Made by a program: the position numbers and the translations under genes. A stretch of 61,886 bases of DNA, counting the filler, from Perkinsus olseni (lineage: Eukaryota), in the NCBI GenBank assembly GCA_013115125.1. It is 2 parts of 2 records of this genome, joined end to end, with 100 filler letters (N's around TTAATTAATTAA, not from the genome) between each part and the next. Parts side by side here need not be neighbours in the genome. Positions count along the whole stretch, not along the records: positions 1 to 31,084 come from JABANN010000417.1; 1 more part is not named here. One strand, written 5' to 3'. Positions 12,296-27,327 of the stretch are shown here, in pieces (the first letter of the stretch is position 1; every line of letters begins with the position of its first letter). The notes below the pieces were generated by a model. It worked only from the letters and a program-made list of their open reading frames with translations. It had not been told where the DNA came from and did not search any database.

Positions 12296-14936
12296 TTAGA
12301 GCTCAACCCTCGACAACCCAACTCTCCTCATTGCTGCTGCTGCTGTGGCGGCAGCCTCTGTTGTCGTTGTTGTTGTCTTCTTCTTCGCCCGATCTCGCGG
12401 TGACGGAAGTGTGGTTTTAATGGGTATGTACACTGGTAGGGTGTGTATAACACTCGAAGAACAAAAAGGGCATACCATACGACGCATGACGACCTTCTCT
12501 GCACATTGGGCACACACAGTACCATGACCACAAGGATAGAATACCTAATAATAACAATACACCTGAACACTCTCTCACAGGGCCGCTGAATGGCCGGACA
12601 GCCTCAACAAGGCCGCAGGAGGGGACAGCCTCAACAACAATAATACTTACTTTGCGATTTTCAGGGTCCGCTGCCATCTGCACTCCTGATTGGCACATTT
12701 CGCATAAAAAGTGCTGGTCGGAATTATTGGGTAGTGGTGAGAACTCTGATGATGCTGCGGTTGCAAAGGAAGCACCGGAGTGTTTTACGCTATTGGCGGA
12801 CTCCCCCTTTAGAGGGAGGGAATTACGGCCACACTGTGCCCCAGGGAACGAGAGATCCGCAGTATCGTTGTTGTTATTGATACTCTTGTTGCTCGTGTCG
12901 ATATTGTTCTCGGAAGACAAAAAAATAGAACCTGCATGGACAAAAGTACACGACAGCGAATATCCTATAATAAGATGGAGGCGAGTCACGGGAGGCTAGT
13001 CCAGCACACGTGCCTGCTGCTCACCGAGATCAACTAAGCCTTGCTGACTCGTATGGTCTGGGCTGAACGAGGACTGACTGTTAGCATGATGGCTATCCGT
13101 CGTGGGGACGAGGGGAATCAACAACGAGGGAGGAGAGGCATCCTGACAGGAACATGGAATTAGGTCTGTAGAAGCGGAATTTCACAGAGCATGACTCACC
13201 TTCTCCTCCTCCTGCTGCTGCTGTTGCTGCTGCTGCTGTTTTATCTCCTTCCGGGTTATCCTACTCCTTGCGGGAGATATTACACCATTCACCAACTGCA
13301 AATCACTTTCATCCACACTATAACGTGTTCCGCCGCCGCCTGCTCTTCCAGCGCCTGCTGCTGCTTGGTTGTCATTAACATCACTGGTCAATGGAGTTGC
13401 AAGCAAACCCTCATCATTAACGGATGCAGGTAAATGATCGGGGTGGTGATGATGATGTTGATGTTGACCATTCCTTCTTGGGGAAGTATTCCGCGAAGCA
13501 GCTGGACTACTAGAGTTAGATCTGCATAGCTCCTGCTCGCCGTGTGCAAACCTGTGAACGTAGACGGGCTCACTACCCTCTTCATAGTAACGCTACTTAC
13601 CGACATCTCGACCCGTACTGACAGTGACCCTGCTTCCACCAATTACAAATAACCGTCTTATAGATGCCTTCAGTCGCTCGGAGCTCCTTCGATCCGTGCG
13701 CATACTTACAGTTCTCACCAAGCGTACCTGAGAAGCCAGGATGGTCAGGTTCGCAATTGGATGGAATGCTGGCAGGCACTACATTTGCCTTGAGCATACA
13801 GCCGACAGAGGGTGGTCTTCCTAAAGTTAGGGGGCTCTCTGAGTTCATCCGCGTTGTGAGCAAAATAACACCTGAGCAAATACCAAGTCCTTACTCTCCA
13901 TCAACCCTTGAAGAGCGGCGGTAATTTATGAAGGGAGATGGGGTAACGGATGGTATCGCCTTCTTGATGACTACTTCTTGCCATATTTGCATTTACCCTC
14001 CAAGTACAGTTTACATACCCGAGTCTTGAGCAGCTGCTTGCTAACATCCACTTTGGCTGAGGAGCAACAACTGTCATCGGAGTAGACTGATAGAGCTACA
14101 AATACCCCCAGCAGTACAGAGCCATCAAACGATAACGATTGTATCCCCCGTCATACTCCCTTCACATAATTCACTGGTGTCTTCCATTGCTAGATGATGT
14201 CTAGATTGATGTTGTTTTCTACGACGACTCGATGGTCCCATCCCATGAATAGGGGATACTGGCGCGGACGCGGCGACCATACGATGCTGACATGACATCT
14301 CGCTGAGCGATGCTTGGTTACGGCAGTATCCCCACTCGAGTTCCAGATTTCATAACACAATGGTCATGGGCTGCTGCTGCTGCCCCCAATGGCAGGTTGA
14401 GGGGGATATCGAATAATACCGGTTCGTAATCATTTTCGCCTATGCCCGGTATAACATGTCCGTCTCCCTTTAGATATCCCTTCGAGCCAACTCTGTCCCC
14501 ATCCTCCATAGATGATCGTCTTGGAAGGCGTGGGAACTCAGGTACTGCCGACTCAGCTGCTGCTGCTGGCGTTGAATATCGATTAACCGGTGAGCATGGA
14601 GCAGATATCGATACCTGATATGGGCTCCTTCTCTTATGTAGAGGATCCACCGCATTACTAATGCGTTTGCTAGGGCATCTCCAAATGCCCTGTAGTCATC
14701 CTCAGTCCAAATGTATTTGCCAGCAGCATTCTCAGGAGCTGATGTCATCGGAGTACCGAAAGCTCCTGACACTGACTCATGATAATACTCTCATCACTTA
14801 TTGTAATGTTATTACTACCCGATACTTCACCTTCGCCCACAGAAGCACCCCGAGGCGATTTGCCCATCCCATGCCCGCTACCACCCATTGCACTCGGTGA
14901 GCGGCTGCCGCTCCGAGTTGGCAGCATACCCGACAT
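12296..14936 (-). CDS. multi-exon tandem CCCH zinc-finger protein with a C-terminal C3HC4 RING
   Basis: Spliced reading gives KTRVCKLYLEGKCKYGKK/CYFAH, KTTLCRLYAQGKC...CKYAHG and YKTVICNWWKQGHCQYGSRCRFAHG. C terminus CEMC...PCGHGTVCAQC...CPFC. Confidence 0.85.
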
Positions 14937-16250
14937 ATAGGTCTCGAAACCCTATGCTGATGATGATGGCGTTAATAATGCACTGCACGCAACTCCTCAC
15001 CAAGCAACTCACAACTTGCTAGCGGACCGATCAGTATGGGACGGGCGTAATAGGCAGAGGATAAGCATTGTTGGTGATCTGCACTCACTATTGATGTCGA
15101 CTTCGCACAAGACGTCCCCATACAAGCTTGAGCTCATTCTTACACCGTGCGGGTATTCATCAGTGGGCAGTACATCCTTAGTCATCCATCAGCAGCACGG
15201 ACAGTGTATATACATGCATAATGCATGAAATGCGCATGATGATTTCCAAGGTGATGATCATCCATGATGATGATCGCAACTTGATCTTGTAGATAATACT
15301 AGTCTTATACTCCTAATAACTATGTCGACATACATTGGCACATTACTCCTGCTCACATGCAACTGGATGGGGATTATATCGTCATCATCATCATCAGATG
15401 TGACCATGCCACCAGCACCAATGGCCTTGGATGATGATGATTACCCTTATCAATGTGTGTAAGTAGAAGAGTAATGAATATAGATATGACCCACATTGGT
15501 AACATATCTCAGATGCCATTGCCCCGAGAAACGGAAAATCAATGAAGATAATGTAAGTGGTGATGGCAGCTGGACGTGTTCGACCTCGTCGCGGTATGAT
15601 CCGTGTCTTTCATTGTTGTTCGTTTGTTGTTAGCCTAGAGAAACAGTATGGGAGGTAGATCCAATCGGCGGGTGTGAATATGATAGCGGTATTACACCAT
15701 GCTATTGTATGACGGATACTATAGCTAGTGATGCTAATATATTACATACCGTGGAAGCAACATTGACGAGGTTAATAAGACGAGGGAATACAAGGAGAAC
15801 AACAAGGTGGTGATATTCATGAATAGTGGTGATGCAGTGAGATCATGGTGATGCGGGCTATTGGAGAGTGTTGTTGTGAAGTTGATGCATTATCAATACA
15901 CTATGCATGATACGAAACAGTGAAGAGCATTCGTATGTATATAGTTATTATTGATTAGTGATGGGGATTATTGGGGAGTGATGGGAAAGGCATGTTCTTC
16001 ATAGCGTAATTATCTTAATTCTCCTTTCGTGACCCACTAATAAACAGGCAGTGCAAGGGAGAGCTATTATGCATCTCAATTCAGCAATCCGAATGTCTGC
16101 GGGCACTGCCTGCAATGAGAGGGATGCGTTGATGTAATCCTCGATGATGCGCCCAAGAGTTAAATTGCATCCGGATAGAACGATTCACACCTGTAACAAC
16201 GAAGCCAAGCGTGTGTGATGAGAAACTGTAATCGTTGCGATAACCACACT

Positions 16251-17059
16251 CTAAGCAGTCTTAGCAGCCTTCGTCTTATTTGTCGTTGCTTTTTTCGTAC
16301 CCTTCTTTGACACTGCTGCCGCTGGGCCCTCTGTGGTAGTAGATGTTGTGGTCTTGGTTATTTGAAGAGTTCGACGATAAATGGTATTGCAATAAAAGCT
16401 AGCCAAGAATTGGCCTATAGAAACGGCGAGATCCACTAAGAAGGCATTGAAACCTGAAGGAAGGTGGACAACAATCTGATTACTCCTTTGCAAGTGGAGC
16501 TGAACTAGAGGCGAAAGGAGCGGTATGGGAAGTATCCTACCGGTCTCCACAGCTTCGTTGAAGAGGTACTGATAAACGATAAAGGCAGAGTTGAGCCCAT
16601 GGAAGATGGTCATCACCAGGGTACTCTCTCGCTTTACGATATCGGAAGGGCTCAACGCACCTCTCGCGATTACGAAGGCGATCACCAACCAACTCAGCCC
16701 CAATGACCTGAAGGGGGCAAAGGCTGATGATGCCCATACGTTTACAGGGGATGCTCACGAGGCAGTGGCAGCATTCATGACTGATCATGACCACTTACCC
16801 GTTGAGATCCATCTCCTCTGCCTTGGACCTGGATAGAATGGTCACCGCCATGTAGACGAAGAGCACAGCTTCTAACAGCATCGTGTTGAGGCAGAAGAAA
16901 TAAGCCCAAGCGCCGGGAGCTCGGGTATCCTTATCGGTGGTGGAGTGGGAAGCCATAGATCTAGTAATAAAGAGGAGAACAACTGATAGGCACATCTGTG
17001 ACAAAGCAGCATACAACAACGACAACAGTGTTCCTTCGCACTACCTCAAGAAGAAACAT
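16251..17059 (-). CDS. multi-pass membrane protein of unknown function (multi-exon)
   Basis: Several hydrophobic segments in ORF pieces 16795-17025 and 16251-16703, and a Lys-rich C-terminal tail. Confidence 0.6.
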
Positions 17060-17142
17060 TACACAAAAAGGAATGACAAAATAAAAAATGATCTTGGGGT
17101 TGCATGCATAGCAACGCTATGGATGGTGTGCCTCTTACACAG

Positions 17143-18743
17143 TCATCTGCTGTAAAGACTTTCGCAATATTTCTCCACACCCGCCGGCTCTTCAGAGTTC
17201 CTCGATAGAATGATAGACGCGAAACTGGCAGTGATTGCGGCTGCCAGCTGAGGGGCAAGATCGTGAACACTTGCGTGTAGTGAGAAAGGTAGCTTACCGT
17301 GACCCCTCCGATGAGTCTAGCCATCTTCACCCGGGACTCGTCATGGGCCTAATATGGAACAGGAACTCTACGACTGCTGTTATAAATTGTGTGTGGGATT
17401 ATCAGTACCGCATTAGGATGCGTCAGGATGAGAGGCATGATGAGCAGGCCTCCTATCAACCCTCCAAGGTGGCCAAAGTGATCTACGGACCCGTGCAGCA
17501 GCACCTATATCAGTCATGCCTTGACGACCAACAATAGCGGCATCAACTACCTCCCACATTATCAAACCAACCGCCATAGCCTTCAGCTGCTGCATTGACC
17601 TAGCCTTCGTCTCTTGGTCAAGGCTGGGCCAAACTATCCAACTCGAGGCTAGATCAGCTCCAATAAGGCCATAACAGGCAGTACTAGCCCCAACACCTGA
17701 TACACGATACAGAAGGAGAGGAGGGATTATTGGGGGTTACCTGACACACGGCACGCTGACGAAAGGAGGTTACCGCAGAGGCCGGACCCCAAGAACAGTA
17801 TACTAAACCTGAAGTAATGATGAGTAGGATGAGTTGTTATGGAGGGGGGGGGTAGCAACATCCATACTACCACTACCTAAGCTTCCCGAGCTGATCCTCC
17901 AACCTCACACCAGACGAGACCTCGAATGAAGCGTTGAAGAGTAAATGGGGTATCGACAGATGCAGCAGTAGGGGCATGAAGAAGCGGCGTACCTATTGAG
18001 TGGTAGTGTTAGCAATGAATGCAGGAGAGCTTACCTCCCAAAGGTAGGGTAGACCGTAAAGCAGAAGGCATCGCTCGGCCTTGTAATTACTAGCACCCAG
18101 ACGTTGCAGAACGGACGGGCCTGTGCGGTACATGCAGGGATTGATCTCAGCAGCCCTCCCCAAGGATACTACTCGGAGCAATCCATCCTCTTGGAGACAT
18201 GATGGCACTGGCGACTATATACAGAGCTACTTGGACGGCTATTATGATAAGAGTCAATGACCACCGAGGACGGATAGGCCCGCCAATATACCCCTGAAAA
18301 CCTTGGTACCACTTCATACCCTACTACAACAACCTCCCTACTCCCACTAGTACCTTAATTCTTTGCCATGTGCTGAAGGCATGATGCTGTATAGAAGCTT
18401 CGTCTAAGTCACTATCCCTCTGCATCGCTTCCCTGACCAAGTTGAGTTCTACCTCAGAAAAAGCTAATGCACGAAAGGCAGGAAGCAGTACCCGGCCCCG
18501 GCGGTGGTATCCTGAGTGATGACAACGTTGCCGCCCATCTCGATCCATCTACCTGCAGTAAGTATCACAGTAGGACATGATGCAGGCATGAGTGTGAGAT
18601 AATGTTAAGGGAACACACCCCATATGTCGGATCGGATGCTCTCACCGACCTCCATTCGGACAGCCTGTGCTGTCCTGTGATGGTGTTTGCTGATAGGCTG
18701 GTACTGCTGCTACTTGGGAGGGGTCCGATGTCGCAATACCCAT
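17143..18743 (-). CDS. rhomboid serine protease (multi-exon)
   Basis: Exons read HLSIPHLLFN, GSGLCGNLLS, GASTACYGLIG (catalytic Ser) and DHFGHLGGLIGG (catalytic His). Confidence 0.88.
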
Positions 18744-18912
18744 GGACAACAGTAGAAAATCAAGCTATCAGAAGACCGACGGTCGACCCTTAACCATCAA
18801 AATATAACACAACAGCGGGAGCTTGAGAAATGTAACGTTCCCACTACCATTGCTAGGGTACTACCGATATGCACCATAGTGCTGCCGCTGCTAGTGGTGG
18901 CATTACCCATCA

Positions 18913-21900
18913 CTACACGTCAACACTCTTGTCTCTAAAACGGGCCAACATATCCCAGTAGTGCTCAGCATGGTATTCTCGTAGAGTACGACGAGCAAAG
19001 CTTTCGCCTGGTGCCTAAGAGGGATAGTCACATCGGATAAGGAGGGAGCGTCCCGGACCTGTATCAACTTCCATGATGGCTGCCCGCTCCTCTCCATGGG
19101 GAAGAGCCTCTTGGGAACCACTCCATGCCACATACGTACGCATCCATCCGAGTGCCGGGCCGTCACACCCTCTGTATCAGAATCATAGTCGGAATCTGCA
19201 TAATGAGGTGCATCGTAGTGGCACTGGAAACGATGGGCTTACACTCCTCCTCCTCTGCAGCAGCGGCAGCAGCCTCTGCATCTTCCGCATCCTCCTCCCC
19301 GGGCCTTCGACGATTACCCAAACGAGCCTCATTCCAGTTGATACGTCGTAGCATGAGCTTATCGTATCGGCGCCTGACGGACATCACTGCGTGACGATGA
19401 CGCCCTCCTCTGCAATCATTCCTACACAGCCTTCCTGCTCCCCTCTACAACTATAACATTACCAACCTCTGGGCCAGCTATTATACCCATACCAGACAAA
19501 TGCAGTTGCTCGGCATTCTTAGAAACCTGTAAAAAGCCGGATGGTGCGGTAAGCAGCGACCACCATGCCTGTGCCGGTGGCTACTTTAAACTGGTGTCGT
19601 TTGGAAGACAAGTCCTTCACCTTATACACTGATACATGTACCTGACGACGAGAATATTCCGGTCATATTTCTACTCCCCCCACATCGCGCTATACCTGTG
19701 TCTCAGTCTCGGGAGCATTGATCCACTTCCCGGCCTTTTTCAACTTCTTCTCTTCAGGCGGTAATTTACGTTCCTCATTCCTCTTCTCATGAGCTTCCCG
19801 TCTAGCAGCCACCTGAATAAGCCAGCAGTCAACATGCGAACACACAGGACAGCGGCAGAGGCTGATGCAATATACAGGCCCCTCCGCAACATGGTCTTAC
19901 CTCAGCCCTCACACGTTTTTCAACAGCAGTTGGGTCCTGTACAGCCTCATCGCCCAACACCATCATCAGGTTCTTCATGCGGACCTTGGGTGGTGGTGGC
20001 GGTATCAGACCCTACAATACACCCTCAATAATAACAGCAGCAGCAGCAGGTACGAGCAGAGGGTGCAGTGTTATAATACCATTCTGATCTTGTCCTGCAT
20101 AGTAGTGGCCTTCTCCTTCCTCCGCAACCTCCTCAACTTCTTACGCTCAGCTGGCGTTAATGACGCCATACCCTGCATTTGGATGGCATAGATGGATATT
20201 TACAGGAAGCTCCGCCCTGACCTCACTACCTCTTGTTTGTGGGGTTGAGCAGCCGAGCGAGCCGGCGGAGGATGCTCAACATAAGCTGATACGACCTTGC
20301 CCGGTCCTCCAGCATCAATGACTATCTGGTCCCACCACTCCTGTACAACATAACATGATAGTAAGATCATCCAGTCACACGGACCTTACCGCGGTAGGTG
20401 GAGCCTCTCTCGGATGAATCTTAACCGACACACCCAAAGATACTACTGGGGCCGCTGGAACACCACCATCTGGAGGTGATTGATCGGCGATATGGTAACA
20501 AGCTATAGTATCTACCACCTGCCGCTGCATCCCCCGCCTTCTCATCCTTCGCAACGGCCGTAGCAACAGGTGACTCTACACCCTGCTGCTTTTGCATCTC
20601 GATCTCCTTTTTCGTCCACGTTCCACTCTCATTCTGAGCATAAACACCATCTCTCCGCTAATCTGCTGCCCTTACCAACGTGTGTTAGGCAGTAGGACGA
20701 GAGGACTTACGAAGTTGAATCCCATCCTAGGCTTCCTTACAGCACCGGCAACATGTACTGATGGGTCGAAGAAGCGATCGCGCGTAGCGCCAGACCGAGT
20801 CTTGCCTGACACAAGGCTGGATGCCCTGCTGCTGCTGCTGCAACGTTCTCAATGGCATACACGTCTTACCGAGCTTCATCCCACTCACGACTGCCTCCTC
20901 GGGGTTCTTAGATTTACTCCTACGCATCATATCCAAGGCTGCACGATTCCTGCATACGAACCATCAGGTCCATCAGGCGCGCTGCCGACACGCCTGCCTA
21001 CTGATTGATCTTGAGTGTAGATAATGCCACTGGAGGCCGTAGCTGGGACATCGGGATCTGATGGACTATGAATACACCGCGGGTCGAGAGGCTTGGTAGA
21101 GTCTCACTAGTTTGCCATCAGCATCGAGTTCTCTACCGTACTGGTCCAACCTCAGAGCGACTGGCGCTGATACCGCCGCACCACCAGCAGGGCCTAACGA
21201 GGAGCTAGACGGGGACCACAGAGGTACGTGAATATCTCATTCCCAGTAGTACCGCTACTGAAACCCTTCATCTGCATTGCCTCCGCCTGTGCCACAGCCC
21301 TAGCTGCTGCCTCCGCCGCAATACGCCCATGTCTGACAGTTAGTGAGAGAAGCATTTGAGTCCACCGTTAGCCGTTCTCCAGCGTACCTCAATGCGTTCA
21401 GCTGCTCACTTTGCAGCTCCAGTGCGGACTTCTGTTGCTGAGCCACAGCCTACACAATATCAAAGTAGTGGTAGTAGTAGTAGTAGCATGAGAATGGAAT
21501 AGTCGCAAACACATCCACATGCCTCGTACCTGTGCTCGCTCCTTAGCCAGCCTAGCAGCGGCAGCGGCTGCAGCAATCTGGGCTGCATCCAATCGAATAG
21601 CAGGGGCCGTACCACCTGCAAGCACACATCATTATGAAGGGTTGTTTTCCTACTCCCAGGCTTACCCGGGCCAACAACCATTGCCGAAGGGGCGGTATCA
21701 AATCGTGACTTCCGTGCAGATTTCTTGCTACTATGACCCTCCTCGCTACCAGAGTCATGCTGAGTATCTCCAGCTGAGCGATCACGCCGTATTCACCACC
21801 GTTCTATACGAGAAAATCATCATTACTACCTGGTGCCGCACCCCATCTAGATTTGCGTTTCCGCTTCTCTTTGGTGGGGGCCGGCTGCTGCTGATCTTTG

Positions 21901-21986
21901 CCCTTCCTATCAGCCTTCTCCGCCTCCGGCTGATGCACTACTATTGTATCCGTCTTAGTTTTAGCCTCGGCAGTGCTCTCAGACAT
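18913..21986 (-). CDS. PRP3: U4/U6 snRNP protein Prp3 (multi-exon)
   Basis: Exons read [82 protein letters not shown] and EHYWD. Confidence 0.92.
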
Positions 21987-22800
21987 CAGGCTATCAACAC
22001 CGCTGTGGCAATCAAATCATCGTCCCGGAGTGTCCGCCTAGTCCCAGTCCTTTCAGCCACCCTTGCCAACCTGGCCTATCGAAGTACTCAAACACGACAG
22101 TACAACACTAACCGACCGAAACGATCCATCACACGTCGTGGCGTCCTCTACTGACTTCACGAAGCACATAAGGGCCCAGAAACCTACAGCGCTGTTAACG
22201 CTGCTGCTTCGTCAAGCATAAGCACAGCTGCTGCTTGTGACAAGCAGCTGGTGCCATTATCAGAGGACAGTAGAGGCTTCGTCTGGCGAGATCCCCGTAC
22301 CCACTTCAGTGAGTTAACATGGACCAGATGTACCACACAATAAGTACCACAGCAGCAGCACAAGTATAACAGGTAAATTTCAAAGACGACGACGACAATA
22401 ACGAACTCTACCACGATAATGGTAATTCAAGTAGTAATTCCTTAACGCTTGGAGAGTGATAGTAGCAGTATAGGTAAGAGCAGTGGAGACAGTTAACGGC
22501 TGTGGTACTTACGAGCAGGGCGATAGATGGTAAATAGTGGAGGGCGGTATTGGTAGCATTGTTATCATAGTCTAAAGTTCGTCATGAGTATTGCTATGTA
22601 TATACGTGTGTGGTTACTTTTACTAGTACAATAATAAGCGGGCAGTAATAGTAATAACCCTGCTGGTGCTAGTCGTCATTTAACTCGAGTGTCCCGACGA
22701 CAACGACAGCAACAACAGTGGCAGCGGGAAGAGCAGGAGCAGCAGACTGGAGTTAGAACCGAAAGAGTTCCTCCACCATCTCCACCTTCTGTGTATCTCC

Positions 22801-25291
22801 TTAGTTACCCCCGAACTGGAATCCACCGGGTGGAGCAGCCGTATTGGTAGCACCGCCAAAGTTGAAGCCTGTGACGGAGTAGAACAGTTACATACGTCCA
22901 AGAGAACTAAGTGTTGGTATTACCACCAGTAGGAGGTGCAGTTGCCGAGTCACTGCCTGATGCTTCCATTTCCTCAATATCATCCTCCCCTTCCAATGGG
23001 AAGTAGTTCTCAAGAATGCGCACAGCCTAATACATCATCATCATCCATCAACTAGAGTGGCCTGTGGCCCACCTTGAGATATATCTCATCACTGCTATCA
23101 GATTGTAGGTTCTCAATCTTCGTTAAACCATCAGCCTCCTCTACAAGCTGTAGATACCTGACATTACTATAATGCTCCTATACCGCCCATCACTCCCAAT
23201 ACACCTACGGGTTCTCAGTGAGATTGGGGTTCGCTTCCATCGCCTGCAGGCCCACCTGAGATGAATATCAGTTCGACATGCTTTAGAATGCTCCTTCAAT
23301 GCTGCTGGTCTTACCCTGAGTATATTCTCCAAGGCTTCCAAGCATACCCCCACTATACGAGTATCATTCACATCAAGCAGGGCACATAAAGGTTTGATAC
23401 ATCCAGCTTGGACAAAATGATCAACTTGCTCTGGTGTTCCCCCAGTGGTGGCATTCGATAGTGCCCTGAGCCATTATACGGTGATCAAACACTGCATGGT
23501 CGAGGTATAGACCCCAGTAGTACTACTACTACTACTACTACCATGCTGCCTCCTTCTTTATGTCAAATTCAGCGGTAGCCATCAACTCCACTATCTTGCT
23601 CGCTATCTGAATAATACACCATATGCCACACCTCCGTAAGCAACAGTATGCTGTACCCCAGCATTGATAATCTCCTGTATCTGCTCGCGATTCCCAGCTG
23701 TTATGTTAGATATTGTCCAGCAGGCCTCTTTGCGGATGTTCTAAGATACGACCACGCAGTATAGACAGCATCGACTACTCGAGAGAAACGATACCTTCTT
23801 TGGGCTGTATAGAAGCTGATACAGTTTTTCCGAAACACCGCATTGTATGATGACCTGAGTCTGCCTGTCATCACCGGTAACTATGTTACCAACTGTGCCT
23901 GAGGGGAGGGGCGGATATCCAATTCTGAGGCGTTGCCGCCGCCAGTAGATGCAGGGTGTTATTAGTATTACGGAGAGCTGGTGTCTGGACAAGGGTACTG
24001 TCATGGTTGAGTAGCTCTACCAGTCTACGACACACACCATGCTCTATCACAGCCTCAATACGCTCATTGGGGCCGTCAGAGATGTATGATAAAGCCCAGC
24101 ATGCATCAGTCAGCACTTCCACCTGATGAGGAGCGATGAATACTCGTTGGTCTGACAGCAGCAGCGACAACTACATCATGACTGTAGAGCAGGTTGCTGA
24201 GGGTGGGCAGAGCAGGGACGATCATCTCAATAGGTGGTTGAGGCTTCCCACGACATAAATTGGATAGGGCCCAGGTAGCATTACGTAATAGAGAGAACTT
24301 ATCATTCTCCCGAAGGAGGGCCAACAATGGTTGCATAACACCAGCTTGAAGGACTGTATCCCGGAGGGGTGGCGAGTCCCCAGCTATGTTACCAAGGGCC
24401 CACACCGCCTGCTCTTTAACATCCAAGCTAGGCGACGATAATAATGCAATAAAGACCGGTATAGTGCCTGGTCAACACGACCCCGTTACTATACTACCGT
24501 GCCTACATTGCTCAATGATTACCCGCAGCTACAACGGCCTCAGTCTGAGCTCTGGTACCACTGGCAATGTTGGTTAGAACCTAAAAGCAACAGATCGCGT
24601 ACAACTCTCCCTCTTCAGGTACTTCAAGAGGGTAATCTAGTACTACCCAAGCAGCCTCGAACTGTAAATCCGGACGGTTTATATCCTTGAGGAAGTCCAC
24701 CATGCGAGGTATAAGACCCGCCTCGATGACCTGATAATGTAGAGCTGGAAATCGCCGTATAACGAAGGAGGATGCGGTTACATATTCGATAGGTGGATTC
24801 TTCTCAATAGACAACAGCTTCCTAACATACTGAGTAGCTTTAAACTGGACCACTGGATCGGGGGAGTTGCACCCAGCTACAGCCTCGCTGAGCTCTTGAA
24901 GGTTAGGTACAGCAGCAGCCGCACCTATAACACGATACCATCATTGCCCTGGCAGCAGCAACTCCATTACCTCCGCCACTGGGCCCAGCAGCAGCAGCAG
25001 CAGTAGCATCACCACCAATACTCATCCTCCTCCGTTGAGCTAGCTGTTTTTCCTTCTCGGCCTTCCTGATCTGTACCGTCTCATCCTCTCTCCGACGTCG
25101 GGTATCATCAGTATCACCAGTCTACGTGGATGCAATAATTATACGAGTATCAGTAGTAGTAAAGTAGGAAGTAGTAAAGTGTACCAACTCCTAGTGGGGC
25201 CCACTAAAACCAGTACTACGAGCACCCTTAACCACCTCACCTTCTTGTAGTGCTTCCGACGAGCTGCGAGACGATCTTCTAGATTCGACAT
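22801..25291 (-). CDS. importin subunit alpha (karyopherin alpha; multi-exon)
   Basis: IBB-type start [20 protein letters not shown] repeats [51 protein letters not shown]. Ends GGFQFGGN. Confidence 0.96.
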
Positions 25292-25584
25292 ATTGACCAC
25301 CAAAGACAACAACTACAACAACTCGAACATATACTTCAAGACACGTCAGACGAGCACTAGATAGACCTGAATCGATTACCAGGGCGAGCGCGAGGGGCAC
25401 TGCGCAACTTATCCCGAGTAGCAATTGACTGAACCAAAATCTTCTGATCGTGTATATTGTTAGATGATAGGGCGGCCATAAAGGCGTGGACTGTACTAAG
25501 TCCGTTCTAAAGTGTCCGATATGCTCGGGGTGAGGGGATAAACTGCGACATCGTGAGAGGACGACGGAAACCTCGGGTGGGCTA

Positions 25585-27230
25585 TCAGGGATCCGTCGCC
25601 GCAGCCTTAGCGACATCCCCATCATGGGCTCTTATCAGAGGGGTCCTCATAGACTCTTCATTGGTGGATCTGCTGCTACTGTTGTTGTTGCCGTCGTGCT
25701 GAGCGTTGGATGGTGTTGACTCTTTCGGCCCAGGTGGTGGGACCACCGGTAGAGGGATGTGTTGCTCATCCTCTCTATTGGAAGGGCCTTCGACGACGTC
25801 ATAAGACGCAAGAGAGGCGTTCTCGTTCCCCTCGGTGTCTGATGGAAAACAAAATCAATGCGCTAATTCCGGTCATTCCTATCGCCGAGATTTGATGATC
25901 TGTTCTACCTTCTTGTGCGGCTTGATGATGGCCACCGGACTCGATATCGTCTGCAGTATGGCTCATCTCAGTACCAGCACCATCCGAGGAGTAGGAAGCG
26001 GAGCGTTCCACTGGTATGTATCTGTCTCGACCTCTATCATCATGCTCGGTATGCTCGGAGTATGGCGGTGGTCTTACTCTCCACCAAAGAGGGACACCGG
26101 CATGAACCAGTTACGTAGAAGATTGGTCTCTACTTTAACTAAGGTCTCGGTTGATGGTTCCAGTCTATCCAATGGAGCCAACCTGACAACATTAATGATC
26201 CCAGTAGGTCGATAGAATTACTCTCGCCATTGCTGTTTACCCAGTCCTCGTGTTGAGCAGGGCTAGTCCCGCCGCGACCACTAGGTCCAGACGGACACTC
26301 CAAGTAAATAGCGATATGATAACCATAAGTACACACGGGTACCTTACACCGCACTTGTTAAGAAGGAGAAGCAACGGCGGCGTCGTCCCATGTCGGGCTA
26401 TAGATGGGCTGTGCAGGATATCCCTCCCTGGACACTACCATCTGTTAGATATAGGCCATACACCTAGTAGGAGAGACTCCCCGCTATGATTCATGATGCA
26501 GTCTTTTGTAATCAAGAAAACCACCGAAGGGAAGAGCCCTGAAGTGGCAATGGAGTGGTATCGTTGAAAAAAAGAAAGACACGGCCCACCACTGATCTTA
26601 ATATTCTCCGAGATATGACGCAGCTGCCAGAAGAAAGGGAATAACCTGCAGGAGAACTACACTAACGACCGAAGTTTCCTTCTTTATCTCACCTATCGAT
26701 TCGACTGACTACTGTGGCGGCGACGAAGGACAGAACAACGATAGTGTAGACGAGGCCCACGAACCAGAACAGGAGACCTGTCGATCCCTGATTCCAGCTG
26801 GCATGAATCCAACCCAGTGATGTTACAGCACCTACTTACCTTCGACCTCTCCACGGCTGGTAGACGACACAAGAGGTAGAAGCCAACCGGGAGGCCCGCT
26901 AGCATCGTGATTACTAATGGATCAACACACAGTGCAATGATGCTCCCCTGATGATGAGAATACCCCACCGTTCTGCGAATAGAAGAATGGATTGGTGAGA
27001 AGCAACCAGTACTGGCAACGATACCAGAAGCTCCGCACTGAAAAGGGAGGAGGATAGGGCGATATATACCTGCAGACCTGCTCACCTGTTAGTTCGGCAA
27101 ATTCGAACATGGCGTAGGTCTGTGTGAGCTCGAGTAATAGTCCACATATGAGCAAGCCAACATAAATCGATACAATAGCCCTGGTCATGCCCGGGGCCGA
27201 GTCCCATGCCACTCTTAGAGCCTCAGCCAT
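25585..27230 (-). CDS. rhomboid-like/derlin-superfamily membrane protein, paralog 1 (multi-exon; 3' end approximate)
   Basis: MAEALRVAWDSAPGMTRAIV, QYWLLLTNPFF, LPAVERSK/GSTGLLFW and YPCVLMVIISLF. No catalytic GxSG motif was seen. Confidence 0.65.
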
Positions 27231-27327
27231 GATAGACACTACAACTAGCAATGGCAGTGGAGGTCGGAGGGATGAGTACTTGAATGGGATGCCATGACAA
27301 CGGCATCGATAACACAACAATCACACA

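Noticed and set aside
15230-15450. many TGATGA (box C-like) motifs suggesting snoRNAs
   Set aside because: Explained by (GAT)n low complexity; no paired box D or terminal stems were identified.
21519-22154. 211-aa plus-strand ORF
   Set aside because: Antisense to Prp3 exons.
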